NCBI GenBank assembly: GCA_049999805.1
Contig: JBNGIO010006396.1
Span: 1-64,000, forward strand
Length of the DNA: 64,000 nucleotides
Direction of reading: 5' to 3'
Source of the DNA: Folioceros fuciformis
Taxonomy: Eukaryota
Positions 37,010 to 50,412 of this stretch are shown piece by piece. Each line of letters opens with the position of its first letter. The stretch's first letter is position 1. The position numbers were made by a program, and so were the translations under genes. The notes beneath the pieces were generated by a model, which saw only the letters and a program-made list of their open reading frames with translations, made no database searches and was not told where the DNA came from.

Positions 37010-38108
37010 TTTTCTAGATTTTTGCACACTCGCGGCAGTTGGTTGGCCGTTCTCGGAGCTCGAATTGGGCATGACTGAGGAGAAAAGTCTTACACGGGGT
37101 AAGAATCGCTCCCTGCCATCGAGGAGTTGTTTACAGGCGTAGGGTAGGGTGGGTAACTTTGTTCAGAGTAGGTATTGTAATTTGGATGGCTTATCCAACA
37201 AGTCTGCCATCCATCCTTTTGCGCTCTATTTGTGTGTGCAAGTCGTGCTTCCGATGTTCCAGTAGAGGAGCCATTTTGCACCAGAGTTGGAGACAGGTGT
37301 GGGAAACTTGTGTTAGCAGCAAGACCAGCTCCTGCGTAGATCTCTGTTTCATTTTCCCGACGTTCCTCACAATCAGCTTGTGCATAGCCAGTGTCCTGCT
37401 TGTGCAACGTGAATTTTGTCGACGTGTTCTGCGATGGAATCAAGGCTTGCATTGGAACTGCTTAGGCGTTTTTTTGTGCAGTCCAGCAGTTGTGGGCTCG
37501 CTGCTTTTGGTGACAACCCTTTTTCGTTCGTATCACATGTCATGTTAGACCAGGACGGGGTGGTGGGAAAGCTTCGCACTAGTGTAATTTTTGTAATTAC
37601 TGTTACTCCGGGGGAGCTAATCGAGGAGCGCATATACCTTAACGCTTTCGGTGAACAACAAGAACCGGAATTTGAATGCTATGGCTTGCCAGTCCTCACA
37701 CACGTTCTACCTGGCATGTTCAATGTACCGAATGGTGAAAATAACAAGAATGGCTGCCGGCAGAATTGGCCTGCGTTGTCCCAAACATGTGCGACGAAGT
37801 ACGTGCCTCGGAGAGTTGGATGTCCTCGATTTAGCCGTTGTGTGTGGCTGCAGAGACACGAGGAATTTTGTTTCTTCTATCGGTAGACGAAGACTCTGAC
37901 GTTCATGATCTTTGAGATAAATGGAAGCGAGCAGCGCGCATTCCTTATCAAATTCTCAGCTACTCCATCCTCAGGCGTTCCGGATCATCATCTGCAAGTC
38001 GCTGCTCAAACTGTAGGAAAGTCTCTGCCACAGAATTGCTTTTCATGTTTCTTTGACGCCAAGGTGAGCACCTTGCCAATTATTCTCTCTACTTCAGGTC
38101 GTGTAAGG

Positions 38109-39076
38109 ATGACGCTAGCTACAGCTCCAGCACCGATCAAGGTGTATGGCTTGGGCCCCTCTACGTGCACAGCTAGAGTCCTTGCTGCCATCTTCGAGAA
38201 GGAAGTGCAGGATTGGGAGCTGGTACGAGTTAACATCATGGCAGGGGAGCACAAGCAGCCTGAATTTCTGAGCAAGCAGGTGATTAAACATGTGCATTCA
38301 TTCAACGTTTTTCTATCCTTCACATCCCTTCTCAGTGTTCATTTGTTTGATCCCCTTGGTTTTTTCATTGCTGAGCAGCCTTTCGGTCAGATTCCTGTTC
38401 TTGAGGACGAAGATCTGGTTCTTTTCGGTAAGCTCCTGTATATTCTATTCCTCTACCTTCATTTCCATCAGTAGCAGGGAAACCATCTGGCTATCCTTAT
38501 ACCTTCCATGCCATTCCAACTGGAACGCTGTTATGGAAACATTCTTACAGCTTCTTGGCAGCCAGGGACAGACTCGGATTCCTAACCTGTATCGATTGAT
38601 CTTGGTTCTCCTGGTGTTTAGAATCGCGAGCAATCAACAGGTACATTGCGAACAGGTATGAGGGCCAGGGAACAGACTTGCTGGGGAAGACAATTAAGGA
38701 AAAGGCACTTGTGGAGAATTGGCTGGAAGTGGAGAGCCAAACCTTCGACCCTCCCATTAAGTCCATCGTATTTCAGTTAGTGTTCGCGAAATGGTTTGGA
38801 AAGGAAACTGATCGCGAAGTGATCTCTGCTGCACTCCCCAAATTGGAGGCAGTGCTGGATATCTACGAGGCCCGACTTTCCAAGAGCAAGTATCTGGCTG
38901 GCGATTTTTTCAGCTTGGTGGAGGTTGCACATTTGCCCTACTTGCACTACCTGGTGAACGTGGCCCAGGTTTCAGACCCCGTCACCAGCCGCAAACACGT
39001 ACTCGCTTGGTTCCAGGACATCACTTCCAGGCCCGCATGGAAAAAGTATTTAGCTCTGGTGTCAGCAGCACAGTGA
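38109..39076 (+). CDS. GSTF: Phi-class glutathione S-transferase; exons 38109-38279, 38379-38427, 38622-39076
   Basis: IKVYG..STCTARV, GEHKQPEFL, QPFGQIPVLEDEDLVLFESRAI, WLEVESQTF and LDIYEARLSKSKYLAGD, in the classic 3-exon phi structure. Confidence 0.95.
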
Positions 39077-39628
39077 GAAATCCTTGTCTAGGCTCGCACT
39101 ACCAGAGCCTGTGACGCAACGTGGAAAAATAAAGGTGGGCAGAAGGGTTTAATGTTCGTTTCAGATTCGATTTGAAAACCATTACAGTATTTTACATACA
39201 AAGTTAGTGATACTACCTCGTAGCTCACAGTCCTCGGGAACAAGGTCAAGATTAAAGTTGGGGAAAATTGTTAGCCCTAGTAAATCGTTCTAGCAAGATA
39301 CAGATACAAACCTCTACCTCGAACGTTGCAGTTTGCGGCAGAGTCACGCNNNNNNNNNNNNNNNNNNNNNNNNNNNNNNNNNNNNNNNNNNNNNNNNNNN
39401 NNNNNNNNNNNNNNNNNNNNNNNNNNNNNNNNNNNNNNNNNNNNNNNNNCGCGCTGCACGCAGAGAAAACTCCGATACTCACCCATCCATCCATGAAATA
39501 ATTCCCTACTGAGAGCTTTAAAAGAAAGGTGTGCGCTACGGCTCAGAAACCTGCTGATACCATAACTTTCACCCAACGTTGCGTGGAAGGAACAGCATTT
39601 ACATATTTTCTACCTGCTCGCCTCTACA

Positions 39629-42600
39629 TCAACTCTGAGCGTACGCAAAAGGTTCGGCACCATCAGATAGTTGCGGCGGGACAACTTCGGAATCAATCAC
39701 CTCGCCGCTTGAGAGAGTCTTGAATGTTAACTTTTGCTGTGGAAGATTGTTGGCAGATGCACTAACCTCGGTATCTACCAACACGATATCATCCTCCTTG
39801 AAAACCCCTTTCAGGATACCCCTCGCAAGCTCGTTCTCCACGTTCTGTTGAATTACTCGTTTCACAGGCCTAGCGCCGTAGTTGGGATCGTATCCAAGAC
39901 TTCCCAATAACTCAACTGCACTGTCAGTGACTTGAAGAACAATTTTCTTGTCCTTCAACCTTTGTTGTACCCGAGCCAGCTGAGCAACAGACAGCAAACC
40001 AGTCAGCATACACGCCGCATGTTGTCAAGGAGCGTTACACGCCACAGCAGAAGCCCGGAAGAAACAGTTTGCCCCAACGACAATTACCTGAAGGCGGACA
40101 ATTCTGCTGATCTGCTCCCGACTTAAAGGCTGGAATACGATGTACTCATCCACGCGATTCATGAACTCAGGGCGGAATGTTCGCCGAGCAGCATTCAAAA
40201 CCCGGCTCTTTATGGTTTCGTAACTTTGCTCTGCCGGATCCCCGTCGTTGTTGATAACGTACTCTGATCCAACATTTGAGGTCATTATAATCACGGTGTT
40301 GGTGAAGCTCACAGTCCTTCCTTGAGAGTCTGTAACTCTACCATCATCCAGAATCTGAAGAAAGATGTTGAAGACATCTGAGTGTGCCTTTTCGATCTCG
40401 TCAAACAACAGAACAGCGTAAGGTCTCCTCCGGACCGACTCCGTTAGTTGCCCCCCTTCCTCATAGCCCACATAGCCAGGTGGAGCACCTATCAACCTGG
40501 AAACTGCATGCTTTTCCATGTATTCACTCATGTCTATCCTCACCATTGCTTCCTCAGTGTTAAATAGGTAAGAGGCAAGCGTCTTGGCCAACTCAGTTTT
40601 TCCAACCCCAGTAGGTCCCATGAACATAAAACTGGCAATCGGTCGGTTTGGATCAGACAACCCAGCCCTTGATCTTTGAATCGCCTCAGCCACAGCAATG
40701 ACCGCAGGATCTTGACCAATCACCCTTTTGTGCAACTCCTCATCAAGATGCAACAACTTCTCCCTCTCTGATTGTTGAAGTTTTGACACAGGAATCCCTG
40801 TCCATTTACTTACAATCTCCGCAATATCATTCCCTGTAACTTCCTCGCGTAACATGGATTTTCCTGTGTTTTGATAATCATCCAAGGCCTTCTCCGCAGC
40901 CTCCAGCTGTCGTTGAAGAGACATCAAGCTACCATACTTCAGTTCGGCAGCTCGATTGAGATCATAATCCCGTTCTGCTTGTTGAATTTCAATATTAACT
41001 CTGTCCACCTGCACTATCATTGCAGGGAATGTAACGACCAGTTAGCACGCACATTCTCTTCCACACGGACAGTGGATGCAGAAACACTTGAACCAAAGGT
41101 ATACCTCTTCTTTTATCGACTGAATGCGTGTCATCACTGACTTCTCATGTTCCCACTGGTCCGTAAGCTCCTTTTGTCTCTGTTTAAGAGACTCCAACTC
41201 GGCTACAAGTCTAGTGAGCCGGTCCTTTGAGGCTTTATCCGTATCATTCCCCAGCGAAAGCCTTTCCATCTCTAGCTTCAACACCGCCCGATCAATTTCG
41301 TCCAGGGCTGTTGGCTTGGAAGTGATCTCCATCTTCAACTTGGCAGCTGCTTCGTCCACCAGGTCAATTGCTGCCACCACCAAGACATCAAGTCAGAAGT
41401 CAGCTCAGAACATGGAACTGTCATGATGCACACTTTGCATTGACTGCTGCGGGCAAGAAGACAAACCTTTGTCAGGCAAAAACCGATCACTGATATACCG
41501 GTCCGCTAGCATCGCAGCTTCCACAAGTGCGCTGTCAGAGATCCTTACACCATGATGCAGTTCATATCGTTCGCGTAACCCTCGGAGTATTGAGATAGTA
41601 TCCTCAACAGATGGTTGATCTACATACACCTGCTGAAACCTTCTCTCCAGTGCAGGATCCTTCTCTATGTACTTGCGATACTCATCCAAAGTAGTGGCAC
41701 CAATGCATCGGAGCTCCCCTCGTCCAAGCATGGGTTTCAACAAGTTCCCTGCATCCATGGCGCCATTGGTTGCTCCTGCATGAAGAAACGACCTCGTCAG
41801 AACCAACTAGAAGAAGCTATTTACATTGACGCACAGATCAAGCGACTCTCACAATACCTGCGCCCACAACAGTGTGTATCTCATCAATAAACAGTATAAT
41901 CTGCCCGTCTGAATCGGTAACTTCTTTGAGAACAGCTTTGAGCCGGTCTTCAAATTCTCCCCGGAATTTGGCCCCGGCAATTAAAGCACCCATATCAAGG
42001 GAAATGAGCTGCATACCAGACCCTCAGAATCAACAACTTGCGTGAACCGAGGATCTAACGCGCTGGTGGACACTGATCATAAGTAGAAAGGTACCTTTCT
42101 GTTCATCAGAGCCTGAGGGACATCTCCTTGTACAATCCTTTGAGCTAACCTGTAGAGGCCAGCAGCACGAACACCGCCAATCAGCACCCACCCTCACATC
42201 AACGGGCTCTCCTGAAGATTGCAACATCTCGTTCCGTCAACCTACCCTTCTGATATGGCTGTCTTCCCAACTCCAGGCTCTCCGATCAGAACGGGATTGT
42301 TTTTTGTTCTTCTGGAGAGAATCTGAATTGATCTCCGGATTTCATCATCTCGGCCAATAACAGGGTCCAGCTTGCCTTGCCTTGCCATCTCCGTCAAGTC
42401 TTTCCCATACTTCTCAAGAGCCTCGTACTTGCCCTCGGGGTCTATTCACGACACATACACAGCTTCAGCCTCAGCTTTAAGCAAAAGCACACTTCAGCCA
42501 CCGCCAGCCTCTTCAAGCATAAGACATACTACCAGGACTGTACCTTGGTCAACAACTTTCTGCGAACCACGAACAGCCTGGATTGCAGCATTCAACGCCT

Positions 42601-43545
42601 TCGGTGTCAATTGAAACTCTTTGAAGAGCTGCTGCCCAAACCGCTTATCTTGAGTAAACCCGAGCACCAAGTGCTCAACAGACACAAAAGAGTCACCGAA
42701 CTCTTTCTTGTGATTCCGACCTCTGTCAATAAGACCCTCCAAGTCTCGTCCAAGCATGGAACCACTGTTGTCACCCATCACCTACACTTGACAAGGGGTA
42801 CAGGTCAGTGCGGGTCATCCCCACACACAAAACGAGTGCTACCTCGAAATGCATGGCTTCAAGCTACTCACTTTCGGTTGCCTCTGAATGAAGCGGTCAG
42901 TAGCTTGGAGCAAGGACGTGTTGTCAATGCCGGCTTTGGCGAAAATGCGACGTGCAAGACCATTTCGTTGCTCAAGCAGCGCTTTCATCAAGTGCTCAGT
43001 TTCCACAATCTGCTGCTTACTCTCCTTGGCCACTTCGGGAGAATTCAAAATCGCGCTCCAAGCCTGTTCCGTAAACTCGGCTTGATTGATCTGCAACACA
43101 GGATGCCACGAAGCAAATGAGAAGACACCAAAACCAAGGAAGATACTGCCACATATCACTACCCTATTCACTCCTGCAACACGAAAATCCAGAACTGCCA
43201 AACAAGACCTACTCTTCCATCTCGCGCAGACTCAGCCCGTGGAGTAGTCACGAAACTCCGCCTCCTCTCAGACCTCCGCACACTCCTCGTGGGTGCAAAT
43301 TCAGTCTGCCTAAGTCCTACATACGGCTGAAACGCCCTAGGCCTCAATTCCCCCGCCCGGACCGCCACAAGCCGCTGGTGCAGCCCCTGCACCTTCCCCC
43401 TCCCCGCCGCAGGTCTGACATGCTGCACTGGCGCAGCCGAAAAATTTTGCACCCTGCCAGAGTCCGGCAGAGCAGACTGCACTCCGGGCAGCGCTCTGGA
43501 CAGGTTCGCGGCTGCCGCCTGCAGCACCGTCAGCGACGACGCCAT
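39629..43545 (-). CDS. CLPB3: Organellar (probably plastid) ClpB/HSP100 disaggregase, multi-exon
   Basis: Transit-peptide-like exon 1, Clp-N ([12 protein letters not shown]), Walker [33 protein letters not shown]-domain, [23 protein letters not shown] and YGARPVKR. Confidence 0.95.
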
Positions 43546-44249
43546 GGCCGACAGATCCCGCCGCGCCCCTCCAGAAAGCGCCCTAGCTAGCTGCAGCGCC
43601 AGGCCGTGGAGCTCCCACTACAGAATTGCACAACGCCGACAATCTTCGAGCGCTTCCACTTCAAATTCCACAATCCCTCAGGCAGAGGCTGGCAGGTCGC
43701 AGATGCTTGCGCCTTCGATTTCTAACCGTCCCTCGCTGCAATCAATCTTCCGCTTTGCAATTAGTTATAACCACTGTGCGAATGTGAGGAGAGGGAGAGC
43801 AGTTCCTCAAGTTGAGATCATTGGCGTGCTCGTCACGCTCCCAAAGGGGGCGCAGTTCCTTCCTCCAGAACCTGGTAGAAAACAGCTACTGCTCCGGTCT
43901 AGACCATTCCAGACGCAGCCGGAAGCTCTCCCCAAAGAGGAGAGAGAAGACAGAGAGGCAGTCATCAGTGGTGGCGGGTGACTGCCCACGCGTCATCCAT
44001 CCATTATTTTCTTTTAGTTTCTGAAGAGTAGAAAATTTTTATCATAAAGGAAGAAATGAAAACCTATACATCCCTGAACTAAAAGGAGCAACTCTTGGAA
44101 AAGCACTCACATGCAGTACCCCTCCATCAATCACTATGCCGGAAATATCCACTTTTATTTGGATCACTTTGCAGAGTTTGATATCTTCAACCTACCACCA
44201 AAGACCATTCACTTGAGATCTCAATATTCATTGGTGAAAAGGTCTACAT

Positions 44250-44523
44250 GCATTAAAGCTGAAGAAGTTGCTTCACCTGCATTAGCTAACATCAGGCATT
44301 AAAGCTGAAGAAGTTGCTTCACCTGCATTGGCTAACATCAAGCGTTAAAGCTAAAGAAGTTGCTTCACCTGCATTGGCTAACATCGTGCATTAAAGCTCA
44401 AGAAGTTGCTTCACTTGCATTGGCTAACATCGTGCATTAAAGCTGAAGAAGTTGCTTCACCTGCATTGGCTAACATCATGCATTAAAGGAAAAGAAGTTG
44501 CTTCACCGGCATTGGCTAACATC
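44250..44523 (+). repeat. 46-bp tandem repeat, about 6 copies
   Basis: ATTAAAGCTGAAGAAGTTGCTTCACCTGCATTGGCTAACATCGTGC-type unit recurring every 46 nt. Confidence 0.9.
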
Positions 44524-44814
44524 CTATAAATCGCCTTGATAGCAGGGCCTATGTACCACCATAGCTAAAGAAGATGCTTTGCCTACACTCATTGATGTCT
44601 TGTGCACCACATTGGAAAAAACACCTACCTCCTTTTGAAACCAAAGAAGGTACTCATAGAGAAACCATAAGGAGCTAAAGAAGCTACTTCTAGAGGAAAC
44701 AAAGGAGCCAAAGAAGTTTTTTCCAAAGGAACCAAAAGTGCCTACCAACCATCAAAGCTAAAGAAGTTGCTTCATCAAAGCCAAATGTGCCTACCTACCA
44801 TTTGAGCTTAAGAA

Positions 44815-45200
44815 GCTACTTCCACCCAAGCTGGAAGCAGCCACTTCCATCTGAGCTAAAGCAACGACTTACTTCCATCCCGAGCTGAAGCAACGACTTA
44901 CTTCCATCCGAGCTGAAGCAACGACTTACTTCCATCCGAGCTGAAGCAGTGACTTCCTTCCATTCGAGCTGAAGCAACGACTTACTTCTATCCGAGCTGA
45001 AGCAGTGACTTCCTTCCATCCGAACTGAAGCAGCGACTTCCTTCCATCCGAGCTGAAGCAACTACTTACTTCCATCCGAGCTGAAGCAGTGACTTCCTTC
45101 CATTCGAGCTGAAGCAACGACTTACTTCTATCCGAGCTGAAGCAGTGACTTCCTTCCATCCGAACTGAAGCAGCGACTTCCTTCCATCCGAGCTGAAGCA
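44815..45200 (+). repeat. 28-bp tandem repeat with higher-order structure, running into an N-gap
   Basis: GAGCTGAAGCAACGACTTACTTCCATCC and variants. Confidence 0.9.
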
Positions 45201-45300
45201 NNNNNNNNNNNNNNNNNNNNNNNNNNNNNNNNNNNNNNNNNNNNNNNNNNNNNNNNNNNNNNNNNNNNNNNNNNNNNNNNNNNNNNNNNNNNNNNNNNNN

Positions 45301-45740
45301 AGGCAGCGACTTCCATCCAAGCTGAGGCAGCGACTTCCATCCAAGCTGAGGCAGCGACTTCCATCCAAGCTGAGGCAGCGACTTCCATCCAAGCTGAGGC
45401 AGCGACTTCCATCCAAGCTGAGGCAGCGACTTCCATCCAAGCTAAGGCAGCGACTTCCATCGAAGCTGAAGCACCAACTTCCATCGAAGCTGACGCAACG
45501 ACTTCCATCAAAGCTGACGCAACGACTTCCATCAAAGCTGAGGCAACGACTTCCATCAAAGCTGAAGCAACGACTTCCATCGGAGCTAAAGCAACTACTT
45601 TCATCGGAGCTGACGCAGCTACATCCATCGGAGCTGAAGAAGCAACTTCCATTAGAGTTGAAGCAGCTACTTCCATCAGAGCTAAAGAAGTGACTTCCAT
45701 TGGAGTTGAAGCAGCTACTTCCATCAAAGTTGAAAGCACC
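45301..45740 (+). repeat. 24-bp tandem repeat, about 18 copies, diverging to the right
   Basis: AAGCTGAGGCAGCGACTTCCATCC unit. It reads as MEVAASA(W/L/P) on the minus strand and AEAATSIQ on the plus strand. Confidence 0.9.
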
Positions 45741-46094
45741 TACCTACCACAGGAGCTGAAAACGTTGCTTCACCTATACTCAATAACGTCATGAGTATAC
45801 TCACTAAAAGTTGCTTCACCTATACTCACTAACGTTTCCGTACATGACCTTGAGCTAACCTCATTAAGTAGAGTGCAAGGGTACTAACAAATGGAAAAAA
45901 CCCAATGTCTTTAATGATGGAGAACCTGAATAGCATAGTGCTTAACAATATTTTGTCTGCCTACATGATACAAAACAAGTGTGTCCTGAAGTCATCAAGT
46001 ATGGGGGCCTAAGTTCAACTACAAGCAAAAACAAACAGAAAGGGAGTAGACTATAGGTTAATACTCACTTCTAGTCTTGTCTACCCCTAGCTAG

Positions 46095-48040
46095 TTATTT
46101 GGATTTAAAAAACTTGTGTGTTGCAATCAATTGAGTCATTAATCCTCCACGAATAGGATCAAAGCTACACTTGTAATAACTAATCACATACAAAAGCATA
46201 GAATATTAAGATCTTGAAACTCAAATAGTTGCTAATGAGAAAAATGCAAATATTATGATAATGACTTAACCTTCCTTTGATGCCCAAAATCACTAAAGAG
46301 TTAGTTTGTTCTATACCTTTCAAGACCTTTTTCACATACCTTTTAAGACACCCAAATATGAGCTTGGATTTTGTAGGTTGTGTCCATTTCCGTGGAAAAG
46401 ACCACGAAGTGTTGATTGAATAGTACTATTTGTTGTCGAATTCAATGTAAATATATGAATGGTTTCTTTGTCACTTGTAACGACTAACCATTCAGAATTA
46501 AATGAAAAAGATAAACAAAAAATATTTACTTTTCCGATACCTCTATGAAACTGAAAATAACAAGATTTCAAATCAAGACATATGTTAACATCATGTACTT
46601 GTGTTGTTTGACAAGTCAATTCATTTGCACTCTTTAAAAGCAAAAAACTTATAAACCCTAAATCCATATTATATAATCTTTAGGAAAAATATGTCGTCAA
46701 CCCTAAACCCTAAAACCCTAAAACTTAAAACCCTAAACCCCTAAAACCCGAAACTCTAAACCCTAAAACCCTAAACCCAAGTTATGCAAAATAGGACACA
46801 CCATACCTCGAGCAGGCAAGTCCCATCAAATGAATTAAAAGTTCTAATTAGAGTCCCTTTGGTACTTGCTGTAGCCAAGAGATCACCATGTCGACTGAGA
46901 GCTAAGCATGCAATACTTGAGTCATGAGCATGAACCATCTTGACCATACCACAAAGATGCTCAATAAGAACCTAAAATTATAAATAATAACGAAATTAAT
47001 CAAAACATATTGAGAACAATTCCGCATATTGCTACGAAACCAAAGCATGCTAATGACAAGCGTGTTCATTAATCCTACAAGATTGCCTCGCCTTTTTCGA
47101 GACTAGGGTAGGCCAAAATCGATGTATGGTCACTGGATAGACTAATAGCAAAAAGTCCCCTTGGATTTGTGTGAGTTTCGATTTGACGTAGAACCTCCAA
47201 CGAAGCCAAATCATGAACGTAGATCCTTAACTTAGATCCTTTGTTGTAAGACGATGAAAATTTTGGTTCTTGTTAATCGTACTGCTCGCACCTCTCACGA
47301 ACAATATATTTCTCGAATATATTGATTGTAAAAATCGTCCCATACTAACACGTTCTTAACATGAAAGAAAGCAGATTCTTGGCTAGCTTTCACAATTATG
47401 AATATGTTGCTCCTATATAGAGCATTTCGATGAGCTTAACTCCGCCATTGATATATTTTCTTATAACCTCCATGAAAGGATCACAATTGAATACTTGAAA
47501 CCCAACATCGGTACCGCAAACAAAGCATCCTCCATCTTGATTGAAGTTTACATACAACACGACACTTGGAGGCTTGAATGAATCAACTTTATCAAAATCA
47601 TCTCCCTGTGGTGGCTGTAGTACCTGACTTGGAGACGTAGACAAATCAGCTTCATCAACGCTATCTTCACAGGGCTCCTCCAATATCATACTAGGAGGCT
47701 TGGACAAAACAACTTCAACAAAATCATCTATATGTCACTCTTGTATGGCCAAATCTAATTGCTCATAGTAGCCTTGAGAAGAACTTCTTGAGATCAATGA
47801 ACTTTGGAGAGAACCCAATGGATTAAACTCTAATCCTTGTGCAAGACTCATTAGAAAAGACTCGAGCTTCTTAGAACTTTGAGTTGAAACATTTAAAGTT
47901 TCAAGTTTGTCCCCGTGAGTCAAGACAGACTTGAAGCATTGGGAAAGACTCGTTGGGTCATCCTCAAATGCTTGAGAGGAATGCTCTAAGCTAGAGCCAA
48001 CAAAATCTTCACTATGAGATGTGTTCTTCATAATCTCCAA
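46095..48040 (-). pseudogene. ATG18: ATG18/PROPPIN WD40 pseudogene
   Basis: [70 protein letters not shown] and FHRG..VTSDKETIHIF. Lesions are a frameshift near 47415, an in-frame TGA near 47295 and a small duplication near 47220-47240. Boundaries are approximate. Confidence 0.85.
46699..46780 (+). repeat. Interstitial telomere-like (AAACCCT)n tract in an ATG18 pseudogene intron
   Basis: About 10 degenerate AAACCCT/AAAACCCT units. Confidence 0.85.
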
Positions 48041-50289
48041 TTTGAAGGGGACTTCACCTTATATGTCTTCGAAGTTCTACTATAATAGTGAAGGGTTTAT
48101 GAATCCTAAACCCTAAACCCTATAAAAGTAGGATTTATTCTTCGGCTCTTCCAACATAGAAGCTCCCATCCTAAGAGCTAAGAGATGTCTATAACCTCTA
48201 TTCTTTTGGACAAGTTACCATGGAACTCTTTACAACTTCACATACTAAGGAATATTTCAAATATGATACTTATATAAAATAAAAAGTTATTATAAAAATA
48301 AACTTCTAATTTAAACATTGACCTCTCATATCACGGAAAAAATAGCTTGTGTGTGCTGAAAAGGTTTTAGAAGATGCTATAAATTAAAGTTGCTTTAATT
48401 CTTCGTAACCTCTTATTTCATCGAAGCATGACCCCAATTCAAATTTATTATAAATAAAAATAAAATATCCGTTATGCCTCCTACATTCAATTAAATTTTC
48501 TTATAAATTATAAAATAAAATGTGAATATTTTTAAATATTATTTTAAAAATAACTTATTTTTTAAGTTTTACGAATTTGTGTTTGTGGAAGCATGGTCAA
48601 TCGGAGATACGATAGACCTACCCAATTCTCGAGAGCCAAAACAAAAAAGCCAAAAAAAGTCTCCCCGTTCTCTGCATACAGTGGCCGTTTTTGAGATCCG
48701 CGTCGGAGCAACGGCCATCGTCCACCTCCGATCGAGGATGTCTGCTACCGTTGGAAAGTTCCGTGGGACATATACTCCCCAACCAGGATGAGGCGCAAGC
48801 CTCAGTTCCTTAGAGTCACTTGAACATCAGCCTAGTGGCTTCATGGTGGCAGTGGAGGTTGGGGAGAGTGAAAGAGGATCGAGTGCCTGCCAAGGATGAT
48901 GCGCTCCACAACTGGAAGATTAGAAAACTGAGGGTGTCGCTGGCCAAATCACAGAGGGAATCGACAAGGGGCAGTGACACAAACAGGCAGCAGGCATCAT
49001 CACGTCGAGGTCTCTGGTGGAGAAACTAGCTGCCAAGCATCGCGAATGCACCGCCAGTCCCCGAAAGCCTCGGGGACTATGGCTGCCGCTGCTCACAAAT
49101 ACCTGCGAGATTGCCCGAGGACAGAAACTTACAGATTCTGAAGCCACATATCACAAGCTTGTGAAGCAAGCCTAGAATCGAGGAATAAAAGTTGGAACAA
49201 CGTCCTCTCCGGTTGCCTCAAGACTCTCAATTGCGGCGTCGTCCCGTACCGCAAGCACGGGCAAAGCATCGATCTGAAGGATCGCTCTCAATTCCTGTGA
49301 AGTCTTCAGATCGCTCTCAATTCCTGNNNNNNNNNNTCTCAATTCCTGTGAAGTCTTCAGATCGCTCTCAATTCCTGTGAAGTAAGATCTAAAGAGGTCT
49401 ACCTTCCTCACAATCACTCCGGCTGCGGAGCACGAGATCTTGCAGAAGAAAAGCTGCGCAGTCCACGCATGCACAAGCAACTACTTCGCAAAACACAACG
49501 AAGACTCCTCCCTCCAATAATCCACATGCACTTGCATAGCAAGCTGGGAGAAGCAAACATCAGCAGTGCAGTCACACTTGCATACTGCCGTAACGCCTAC
49601 ACCAAGATACTAGGCGATCCCAATCACACGTCACCGGTGGGGCTAGTAGTACCTGTACACACCGCTTACGAACGCATGCAACCCGATCCAATCGGATCTG
49701 ATAATCCTCATCAACAATGGCCGCACAATCACCAAACCCCCGTCCGGATGATGCGCGTCCGCATCCTGATCATCCAGGAGCTCCATCTCCTTCTCATGCT
49801 TCCACAGCAAGGAAACCCTAGGACACAAAGCGTGACGACCTCGACTGGCTGAGGTCACCGCAAGTCGGCGTGCCGGCGTGCGAGTCAAGCCGCTTCATCG
49901 ATTACGCTTGACTGTGCCTGGCCTGGCCTTGTCTGGCCTGACCGAACCTGACCCGACCCGACCAGTGTCGCCATCTCTCCTCTCCAGAAGCTCGCGCCAC
50001 CACGCAACAAACTCCCTCAGCGAGAATCTGCTCCCACGACCGCGCCCGTCAAGCATCGCGCTGAGGCCCGCAGTGCAGCGTGTCCGATTTCGTCACGCGC
50101 CTCCACCTTCTCCCTCCCGCAATCATCTCCACGAGACGTCTCGGCAACGTCGCCCGGTGGCCACGGTCTCCAACCAAACCACTCCCTCCTCCTCTCCCTG
50201 GCGGTGTGCTTGTCCGTGTCCGTGTCCGAATTCACAATTCCACCTGACACCACAACACTGAGGACCTCGAACCAACCAGATCCCCAGAG

Positions 50290-50412
50290 CTGACTCCCGA
50301 CTCCGGACTCCCGACTCCCAACTCCCAACTCCGGACTCCCAACTCCGGACTCCCAACTCCCGACTCCCGACTCCCGCCTCCCGTCCTGTCCAGTCCCGAC
50401 CCGGCCCCCGAC
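50290..50412 (+). repeat. Heptamer microsatellite (ACTCCCG/ACTCCCA/ACTCCGG)n
   Basis: About 12 directly visible tandem heptamers followed by a degenerate tail. Confidence 0.8.

Noticed and set aside
38064-38097. Apparent 34-nt intron in the GSTF leader
   Set aside because: Too short for a typical plant intron; the acceptor may pair with a more distant donor, and this cannot be resolved without reads.
42377-43981. Plus-strand ORFs of 145-247 aa opposite ClpB
   Set aside because: Antisense or promoter-overlapping frames without domains.
45128-45739. MEVAASAW-repeat protein
   Set aside because: An open frame is expected from a stop-free 24-bp satellite; it crosses a gap and has no unique coding flanks.
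44250-45740. CRISPR-like appearance of the regular repeats
   Set aside because: No unique spacers, no cas genes, and the context is eukaryotic.
49284-49382. 29-bp repeat around a 10-N gap (similar cases at 50876-51043, 60910-61043 and 15240-15380)
   Set aside because: Duplicated sequence flanking gaps may be an assembly overlap artefact, so copy number is unreliable.
48900-50300. Conserved miRNA or CLE/RTFL/IMA peptide gene
   Set aside because: By eye, no match to conserved mature miRNAs or these peptide motifs, and the hairpins are too short.
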